Source: Octopus vulgaris
Lineage: Eukaryota
Direction of reading: 5' to 3'
Assembly: GCA_951406725.2 (NCBI GenBank)
Contig: OX597836.1
Location: 11,346,001 to 11,410,000 of the forward strand
DNA: 64,000 nucleotides
How positions within the stretch are numbered: position 1 is the first letter of the stretch; each line of letters begins with the position of its first letter. The notes below the pieces were generated by a model. That model did not search any database and was not told the DNA's origin. It saw only the letters and a program-made list of their open reading frames with translations. A program made the translations under genes and the position numbers. Of the stretch, positions 53,991 to 64,000 are shown in pieces.

Positions 53991-54562
53991 TCCACCAATA
54001 AATATTTATAGGTGTTTTATTACATAAGATACCACGGATGACTGTAACGTGTGAACATCAACAGACTAACTCGAATGCCAGCGCTCTCTATTGAACGCAC
54101 GGATCAATGTAGATCCTTTAACATCCATAGAACATGATGTACTCAATACCGTATTCTATTCAACAATCCTATTGATTTTTTGTTTATTTATATTTATTGA
54201 TTATTTTTATTGTATTTGTATTCCTTAATTTTCATGTTTTTATTTTTTTTCATTCGTTATTTATGTTTATTAAATATTTTTTTTTTGTCCTCTCTTATTT
54301 TGTATGTTTTGTTGATTTTTGTTTTGTATTTATAAGAGAAGATGAAATCAATTGGAAGATGCGCTGCACTCGGGTCAATTAAAAATATGCAAATTAGATC
54401 CTATCAGGGAATAGTAAATGAGTTGCTTAGCTTTAAAGAAATCAAGCCTCTAATAATTATATATAACATGTAGCAGAATCTGAGAAGTATTAGGAATAGC
54501 GAAGGAGGGAGAGAGAAAGAGAGAGAGAGGCAGGGTGAGAAATAGTAGAAAGGGAGAGATAG

Positions 54563-54600
<38 letters not shown>

Positions 54601-54656
54601 GGGGGGATATAATTAACTAGAGGCAATAGACGCTATTGTGATATTTTGTAATATAA

Positions 54657-55242
54657 GACGGCAAGCTGGCAGAAACGTTAGCACGCCGGGCGAAATGCGT
54701 AGCCGTATTTCGTCTGCCGTTACGTTCTGGGTTCAAATTCCGCCGAGGTCGACTTTACCTTTCATCCTTTCGGGGTCGATTAAATAAGTACCAATTACGC
54801 ACTGGGGTCGATATAATCGACTTAATCCATTTGTCTGTCCTTGTTTGTCCTGTCTGTGTTTAGCCCCTTGTGGGTAGTAAAGAAATAGATATTTCGTCTA
54901 TTGTTACGTTCTGTCTTCTACTATAGTCTTGGGTCGACCAAAGCCTTGTGAGTGGATTTGGTAGACAAACTGAAAGACGCCTGTCGTATATATGTATATA
55001 TATATATGTATGTGTGTGTGTATATGTTTGTATGTCTGTGTTTGTCCCTCCCCCAATATCACTTGACAACCAATGGTGGTGTGTTTACGTCCCCGTAATT
55101 TAGCGGTTCGGCAAAAGAGGTCAATAGAATAAGTACTAAGCTTACAAAGAATAAGTCCTGGGGTCGAGTTGCTCGACTAAAGGCGGTGCTCCAGCATGGC
55201 CGCAGTCAAGTGACTGAAACAAGTAAAAGAGAATAAAAGAGT
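54657..55242 (+). mobile_element. SINE family C fused to a headless family A
   Basis: The C copy at 54657-54912 runs directly into GTCTTCTACTATAG of family A and ends in the A tail. Confidence 0.85.
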
Positions 55243-56269
55243 ATGTCTTCGTATGACCATTGATAGAAATAAGCTTCATGAATTGTGAGCATGCTAAGAT
55301 CTATTTTAGGTGAAAGTACAGGACACTGAAGTTTGGAAGAAATGGCGTTAAGAGCTATAAGGTTCCTTACTCAATTGCTGTGATCTGAAAGTAGGGGATC
55401 GCCCTACCCGTACCACTGTACTCTATCCCATTACCATCATTTGGTGATAGGGCTGTACAAGATATTCTAGTTCATCTTAGAATTCATATGACGTGCTTCC
55501 AGACACTTTTCATCAAACGATTTTAAGCAATAAAGTTGAGGTTGACACAGGCTGCTTCTTCCTACATCTTCATCATTCCATACGTGTGTTTATTAGCGCG
55601 GCTTTTTAACCGGAAGGGTATTTTATTATTTAGTCCTTTATATGTTTACGTCATTGAATTGCGGCCATTTTGGGAAAGACAGCCTTCAAGAGACTTTTGC
55701 CAATTACAGCGTATACATGTGCATGTTAGCGTTTTAGCAACAGCATGTATATATATAATGTACCCATGTGTCTGTGTGTGCTTTTCTATGCGTGTGTGAT
55801 TGCGTGCATGATTGCAGCAGAAGATAAACGTTCAAACAGAAAACAAAAATATCAAAAAAATGGAAAATTGCTCCTAGATTTGGGAATTACTATTTCCAGT
55901 AATACATCTTCCCTAAAAAATACACGAACTCTGTGTAACTCACGTATTGTACATTATCTACATGAATCTAGGGAACTTTAATCTTCCTGAGAACCAACGT
56001 ACAAACTATGGCTTCGGAAGCGAATAAAATACAACTCATAACCTATGACCACTAATGCCTCGTAAACAAAATCTACGAATATCAAAAATCATCGTTTGCC
56101 CCAACGTAGTTTAAGTTAACAAATAAAACATCTGTTACGGAGTCTAGTACTTCATGGAGTTTTCCGCCTTAACATACCATAATTTACGGTGTATTTATAT
56201 TTTTTCCGTTGATTATTTGATTTTAATGGGGTTTTTTTTCGCAGTTAAGTTTTCAAGATATCTTTACAG

Positions 56270-56508
56270 GGCGGCAAGCTGGCAGAATCGTTAGCACGCC
56301 GGGCGAAATGCCCAGCGGTATTTCGTCAGTTGTTAGGTTCTGAGTTCAAATTCCGCCGATGTCAACATTGCCTTTCATCCTTTCGGGGTCGATTAGATAA
56401 GTACCAGTTACGCACTGGGGTTGATATAATCGACTTAATCCCTTTTTTCTGTCCTTGTTTGTCCCCCTATGTTTAGCCCCACTCCCCGTGGGCAATAAAT
56501 AAATAAAT
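56270..56508 (+). mobile_element. SINE family C
   Basis: GGCGGCAAGCTGGCAGAATCGTTAGC...GTGGGCAATAAATAAATAAA. Confidence 0.9.
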
Positions 56509-57050
56509 ACAATTTTACACTAGGTGGAATCTTCTGGAAGATGCTCACAATTGTTTCCATGCTGATTGCTACATGTTAACGATGCTTTGTTAATTATGAG
56601 GGATTTCAGAGAGCATGCACTTGATGTTTTAAATATATTCCATGTGAACCATTAACATGTTTCTCGTTTATTTTGACGATAAATTTATATACCCTAATAT
56701 AAAAAAAAACTTTAATTACTTAGGTCTTGTTGTATGTTTGCATCTCACGAACTCTTTCATATCTGGCATTCCTATTTTCTTCTTTTCCATTAAAATAATT
56801 ATCTTTTAGCTGTTTCAGTCCCTGAACATTAGTCATGCTGGGATTTGCCATCCTCAGGGATTTCCTCAACAAACCACCCCCAATTCGTATGTTGTTTTTA
56901 AAGACTTGTACTTATTCTATCAGTATTCCTTTCTAAAACAACACCAATTGCCAAGGGATGGAGTTGAACATACAAAAAACACAAAGACACACACATACAT
57001 ATGTGCATATTAACACAAACACACAAACACACACACACTCACAAACACCC

Positions 57051-57126
<76 letters not shown>

Positions 57127-57686
57127 GCTGATCTCGTATCGATGTAAACAACATGTTTTAAAACTCTGAGCGAGAGAAACACAGAAATAGTTACCGGATA
57201 GTATTGTTTCTATGCCAACATAACGTGGCAGTCCTGTAAAGTACGGTGTTACTGTTGTTTTAGACCCATTACGCATTTCCTGGGGCTAATACCGCATTCA
57301 TGGATACAATTTCTTTATTTGGGAATTAAGGCTACCATCGGTTTCATGTTAAGGAAAGTTGGAAAATATCCTCGTGTCTTAACAATTTTTCAAGCCGATG
57401 ACATGGAAAATGGCGTTCGTCTCTATTTCGGAATACAGTCTCGTTTAGTTCGCGGAGACACTGGGAAAAAAATTAAGGATATGTAATAGGAAGTCGATTT
57501 CTTCACTGAGGGCATTCAAGACAGTCCTGTAAATGCAGCATGGCCGCAGACCAATGACTAAAATGACAAAGAACTAATCCTTTCTACTACAGGAAGAAAG
57601 GCCGGAAATTTATCGGGAGGGGGTAACTCGATTCTGCCAGCTCGCCGCCTTGAAAGAAGTAAGCAATACAAATAAATAATAATTCT

Positions 57687-58100
57687 AGGAGTGTCTGTGT
57701 GGTAAGTACCTTGGTTACTAAACACATGGTTCCGGGTTCAGTCCCACTGCGTGGCACCTCGGGCAAGTGTCTTCTACTATAGCCTCGGGTCGACCAAAGC
57801 CTTGTGAGTGGATTTGGTAGACGGAAACTGAAAGAAGCACGTGGTATATATGTATATATGTGTATGTGTATGTGTGTGTATATGTCTGAGTGTCTCTATT
57901 CGTTCCCCACCAACATCGCTTGACAACCGATGCTGGTGTGTTTACGTCCTCGTAACTTAGCAGTTCGACAACAGGGACGGATAGAATAAGTACTAGGCTT
58001 GCAAAGAATAAGACCTGGAGTCGATTTGCTCGACTAAAGGCGGTGCTCCTGTATGAGTCACAGCCAAATGACTGAAACAAGTAAAAGAATAAAAGAATAA
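57687..58100 (+). mobile_element. SINE family A, near full length
   Basis: Head, internal microsatellite and tail. Confidence 0.88.
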
Positions 58101-58800
58101 AATAGAAAAAGAAACCCTGTCGAAGAAGCGAAACATTAAATCAGCTGAGAACAAATTGAAGCCAAGAGTATTTAAAGAATTTTTTGATATTAGTGTAGCG
58201 CAGTTGCTTAAATCTATCGTTGTAATAAACGAGAAACATGATAACGGTTCCCGTGGAACATTCTAAAACACCAGGTGCTTGTTCTTCTCCCGAAGTACAT
58301 GATAGCTAAGTAACCATTGTTAACAAGTGAAGATGAACAGAAAAACAATCCCCCAGCGTGTTGCAGCTGACTCTACAAGGTGTAAAGAAATGTTGAAAAC
58401 TTACAACTGAAAAAAAGATTATAAAAAAAAACAGAGAAACTCTGGAAATTGCAATGAAAAAAAATGTGTTTATGTAAGGTTGAAAGAAGGTCGACTTGAC
58501 ATCGACTGACGATGGTTCGTATGAATAAGGATACTGAGAGATTGTAGAGTTGTGTATGCGCGGGTGCATATATGTACGTACGTGCGTACGTACGTATGTA
58601 TGCGTGTATGTATGTATGTATGTATGTGTGTGTGTTTTTATGTATATGCGTATGAATGTATGGATGGACGGATATGTATAATACATATTCAGCACATCCG
58701 GGTCTGCATGGTTTGTAATAAGGTAAATAGAATAAAAATGGAGGATGCAACGAACAATACATACTATATATATGTGTGTACGTGTGTGTGTGTGTGTGTT

Positions 58801-58857
<57 letters not shown>

Positions 58858-58892
58858 TCATATGTATACACATACATGCATACCTACATTAT

Positions 58893-58947
<55 letters not shown>

Positions 58948-60260
58948 TACGCATACACATACACGCACACACACATACACACGTACACACACAGACACAA
59001 ACACACTCACACACATATATATCTAAAGAGAGAGATCTTACTTCAGGAGCAAATATTAAACTTCAGTGAGTTGAGGCGCAACTTATTAAGTACGAACAAC
59101 GCCGAACCTTGATGATACAATCTTATATATACGCATATACACACACACACACACACACACATACACAGTCGCACGCATTCATGTATGTACGTGGCTGTGC
59201 ATGTATGCATAAATGTGTGTGTGTGTGTATATATATATATATACACGCACACACATACAAACACACGTAAAATAAACAAAATGTCTCCAAAAATTGTATG
59301 CACCATTTGGATCTTTATAAAGCTCACCGAAGCAGGTTCAGAAATTGTGGAGTTGATACATCTTCTTGGAAATAAACCTCACGTCTTCAATGTAGTGTTG
59401 AATACTTGGCATGTAAGATCATGTAAATGGGTGGAAGGTGAAGGTTAAAGAGCCCCGCATATTTCGTTCTTGTATTTGGTTTGCAAGATTCTTAATGTGA
59501 ATTCGTGTGATGAAGCATATTTGATTCTGTCTGGGGAGAATCATTCTGTTTTAATTACTACCACACTTGTATGGTAATAATTGCTGTTATTATTACTACT
59601 CGCACTTATTTCCATCATCTCGCCAGCCAGTCGAAAACGAGGCTTTGGAATGATATAAAAATATGGATGATCAGCAAAGGTTCACGACTAAAACAACCAA
59701 CGATGAATGCTATACCTTCATTCTAGAAGAATAAAATCTAATTACGAACACTCATTCCAAGTCTTCTGTATTGAACAAGCCCAGCAGTTCCATAACCAGA
59801 ATTACTAAACCATGAATCCGAAGCTATTACAGTACATGGTTCTCGCTCTAGAGACACCTGGGTCTTCTGGGACTTCTGGAACGGTGACGTTCAGTTCGGG
59901 AGGTTCGTATAGCTATCACGTTTTACAAGCAAACACATAGAGAGACAAACAGCTTACAACATGTATGTATGTTGAGTTAGATTCAACCAACAATATCCCA
60001 ATCGTTATCGTAGACCAATGCCGGAAATCAATATATATTTAAAGCTAGTGAAATACGAAGCAAAGATATTCACTAAGCGGATATCTGCGTAGCTCTATGT
60101 ACATGTATTTACATATCTGTTTCTAAGAAACTGTCAGTATGTGTATACCTGTGCATTGATATGTTTTTCGTTATTATTCAGACTACCTGCAAGTTCATTC
60201 CATGTACGATACATACATAAATACATATACATATACGTATGCATATACATACATACATAC

Positions 60261-60305
<45 letters not shown>

Positions 60306-60456
60306 TACATGTCTAAATATATATAGAAATATACACACTTCATTTATATATATGTTTTGTTCTTTTATATACATATATACATGCATGTATATCTATATAA
60401 ATATAGAGATTCCTATGTATGTATTCCTCCATTTATATATATAATTTGTTCTTTTT

Positions 60457-60487
<31 letters not shown>

Positions 60488-60536
60488 TATGTGTGTGTGC
60501 GTGTGTGCATGTATACGAACACTCACACACACATGC

Positions 60537-60567
<31 letters not shown>

Positions 60568-60591
60568 AAAGAACATACAGGCAGACATAGA

Positions 60592-60960
60592 TACACACAT
60601 ACATACACACATACATACATACATACATACATACATACATACATACATACACACATACATACATACATACATACATACATACATACATACATACATACAT
60701 ACATACATACATACATACATACATACATACACATACATACACACATACATACATACATACATACATACACACATACATACATACATACATACACACATAC
60801 ATACATACATACATACATACATACATACACACATACATACATACATACATACATACATACATACATACATACATACATACATACATACATACATACATAC
60901 ATACATACACACATACATACACACATACATACATACATACATACATACATACATACATAC
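60592..60960 (+). repeat. (ACAT)n array
   Basis: Direct reading. Confidence 0.95.
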
Positions 60961-61838
60961 TCCGCTTTGTCGACCGCGTTCGCGAGAGCAACTAATTGAA
61001 TAACGTAGACCGGTGGTAGAAGCACGTAGGAAAGAAATTCGACTGTTGAAGTCCTAATGTTGAAAAGTTCCAATCAATATTTAGGTTGGTGTCAACCAGA
61101 ATGCTTTCCTACTTTCCGGTGCATCTTGGATTTCTTTTGTTTTTGTTTTGTTTTGCTTTTGTTTTATTTTTTTCCTCTTTTTTTTTTATTTTAGTTTCTT
61201 TTTCCAGTTCTAGTTCAAATAGTACGACCAAATCAGTTTTTCACATGTATCATCTATATCAATAACTATCAGCGAAATATTTCCCATTCAGTCACCAATC
61301 TGAGACAATCAGATTAATGGATAACTTTTATTGGAAGTACTTTCCTACCGGCATTGCTGCTGCTGCTGCTGCTGCTGCTGCTTCTTCTTCTTCTTCTGCT
61401 TATTGTCATCGTCGTCGTCATCGGCGTCGTCGTCGTTCTTATCGTTTTTGTTGTTTTTGTACTGTCTCAAATCAGTGATGCGTGAACGAACTCAACACCT
61501 AAACAGAGAAATAATTGAATAACAAATTCCTTTGATATTTCTGACTACGAGGGTTGTATATTAGTGATATTGGTCGTTGGGGGCGTCGAACAATATAGTT
61601 CTCGGCGTTTACTTACGTACCTTAACACTTTACCATCCATGGGAGTCAACAGTGATTCCCCCACGCCATATTCTTTTCTACTTTAGGCCCAAGACCTGAA
61701 ATATTTTTGGGGTATGGGAGCAGTCGATTAGATCGACCCTAGTACGCAACTGGTATTAATTTATCGACTCCGAAAGTATGAAAGGCAAAGTCGACCTCGG
61801 CGAAATTTGACTTAGGAAGGTGCTGTATCCTTGTTTTC

Positions 61839-62500
61839 TTATTTTATCGATCCGAGAAGATGAAAGTAAAACCGCTAATCTAGCAAGATTATCCTGAAGA
61901 AGTAATTTATCAAAAACATTTTCTTGTGGTTAGAGTGTAGGTCTCATGATCGTAAGATTGTGGTGTGAATTCCTGGACTGGACGTTGTATTCTGTTCTTG
62001 AGCTGAACACTTAATTTAATGTTGAACCACTCCACTCAGCTGGCAAAAATGAGCCATCCTGTGAACGAAATGGCATCCCACCCAGGGGGTGAATATATAT
62101 GTCACAGAACCTGGGAAATTATTTAAGGAGTCTATATGACTCGGAAAGGAGCGTTATTCTTTTTTTTTTGTTTTGTTATTTTATTGATCCGAGAATATGA
62201 AAGCAAAACCTCTAATCCAGCAAGATTATTCTGAAAAATGTGTTTATCAAGAACATTTTCTTGTGGTTAGAGTGTTAGACTCATGATTGTAAGAGTGCGG
62301 TTTCGATTCTTGGACCAGGTGATGCATTGATTTCTTGAGCAAAATAATGCATTTCACGTTGATCCAGTTCCCTCAGCTGACAAAAGCGAGTGACCCTGCG
62401 ACAGACCGGCGTCCCTTCCAAGAGTCGAATTCATACGCCATGGAAAACGGAAAGCCGGTTCTTATAGGTCGGCATAGCTAGAGAAGGTAACCTTTACTTT
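61839..62500 (+). mobile_element. Old tRNA-headed SINE (family D), tandem duplication with ~337-bp period
   Basis: TTATTTTATYGATCCGAGAA...CTTGTGGTTAGAGTG occurs at 61839 and 62176. The second copy has a B-box-like GGTTTCGATTC and CCCTGCGACAGACCGGCGTCCC. Confidence 0.65.
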
Positions 62501-62521
62501 TTTAGCGTTTTGTGCCTCCAC

Positions 62522-63115
62522 TACACTTACACATGTATTAAAAATGAAGTGTTTTGCTCAAGTCCCCTTCGAGCCACCGAGTCAGAACATCGAAATCACT
62601 ACCTTGCGATCGTTAGCGCAAAGCCATAACCACTAGTTAGCGCCTATATTATATTTGCGTATGTATTAAAAATGAAGTGTTTTGCTCAAGGACATATCGG
62701 GCTATCTAGTCACAGAATCGAAACCACTGCCTCGCTATCGTAAGCTCAACACACTAATTACTAGGCCAGCGCCTCTACTACACTTGCGCATATAGAATTG
62801 AAATGTTTTGCTCAAGAATACATCGCACCTCCTGGATTGAGGATCGAAATAAGTACCTTGTGATCGTGTGCCCAATATCCTAAACACTAGGCCAGCGCCT
62901 CTACTACACTTGCGCATGTATAGAAATGAAATGTTTGTTCAAGAATACATCGCACCGCCCGGATCGAGAATCGAAATCAGTACCTTGTGATCGTGAGCTC
63001 GAGACCCTAAATGAAGGGTTCGCTCACGAATACATCGCGCCACCAGGTCTGAAAATCGAAAGCACAATCTTACGACCATAATTGCTACACTCTAAGTAAT
63101 AGGTCACGCGACTCA
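62522..63115 (-). repeat. Tandem array of five ~120-bp tRNA-like SINE heads
   Basis: Units TACACTTGCGCAT...TTTTGCTCAAG...ATCGAAA...GATCGT...CTAGGCCAGCGCCT start at about 62522, 62650, 62780, 62905 and 63010. Confidence 0.7.
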
Positions 63116-64000
63116 ACTCCGTGGTATATGAAGACTGGTAAATTGATAGATAATGTGATAGTCATGGTTGGAGCACTTTTGATTATAGGTCTCCTCAATC
63201 AGAGTCCAAATGACAACAACAACAACTGCTTACTACAATAGCAACAACAACTACCGCATCGTTGCTCAGCCATAACACATCATTTGTAGTCATCTCTTCA
63301 GTGAATACATGATCCATTAACCGGTAGATTAATATCGCTAATCCGATCAGTCACCTTGTATCTATCGCCGTAATAAATCTCAATTATCGACGCTGAACGC
63401 GCAGAAAGTAAAGTTCGCATCCGACTTCTTTTGTCGTAAAATCATAAAAAAAAAATCTTTATCATTTATCTATCACATAAGAAAATGTTTTTCGCAGTCC
63501 TCTAATGTTCTATAGTTTTGTTGGATCTGCTTCACTGAACCAAATCATCAGCAAGTAAACGTATTCGACGGATTTTCTGCAATGCGGAATTTGCTCCGGC
63601 TCTCTTACACTCTGCGTTCAAATCCCGCCGAGGTCAAGGGCCACTTTTCATGTTTTCGGGTTTGGAAAATATAAATACCTGTTAAGTACTGGGGACGGTA
63701 GTAGTGTTTCGCAATTTCTAAAAATCGCTGGTTCTTGTACATAAATCGGAAACCATTATTTTTTTTTTTTTCCCCTTCTTTCTTCAAATTTTCTTCTATT
63801 TCTCGCCGAGTGTTTTCCGTACACCTAGGGCAGAGAAGCTCATTTTATGCATTAAACTCAGAATGTAAACACAGGCGAAATACCGCTAAACATTTTTTCC
63901 TGGCCTGCTAAATATTCTACCAGATCGTTGCCTTTAGTGTCGGTATAGCTCACTAACGATTATTGCTGGTGTTTGCAATTTTGGGATAGAGGTTAAATCG

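Overview
AT-rich eukaryotic intergenic or intronic DNA saturated with microsatellites [(TA)n, (TG)n, (ATGT)n, (TATC)n, (AAT)n, (GAA/GAG)n]. Its SINE families and repeat landscape look like an octopus (cephalopod) genome; this is inferred from memory and not checked by search. No intact protein-coding gene is supportable, and nearly all ORFs in the track are microsatellite read-throughs. Recognisable parts are four tRNA-headed SINE families (some chimeric, two copies with clear target-site duplications), decayed CR1/L2-like and RTE-like LINE fragments, and two mariner-type MITEs. The main discovery is about 16 type-I hammerhead-ribozyme motifs, from about 10 sequence-unrelated short non-coding elements. 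They share a palindromic helix III (the dimer-type hallmark of Penelope-like-element hammerheads), show C3-G8 / U3-A8 / G3-C8 core covariation, mostly lie close to microsatellite tracts, and often sit in fold-back palindromes, including a perfect 544-bp one at 51584-52127. Coordinates were counted by hand and repeat ends are approximate.
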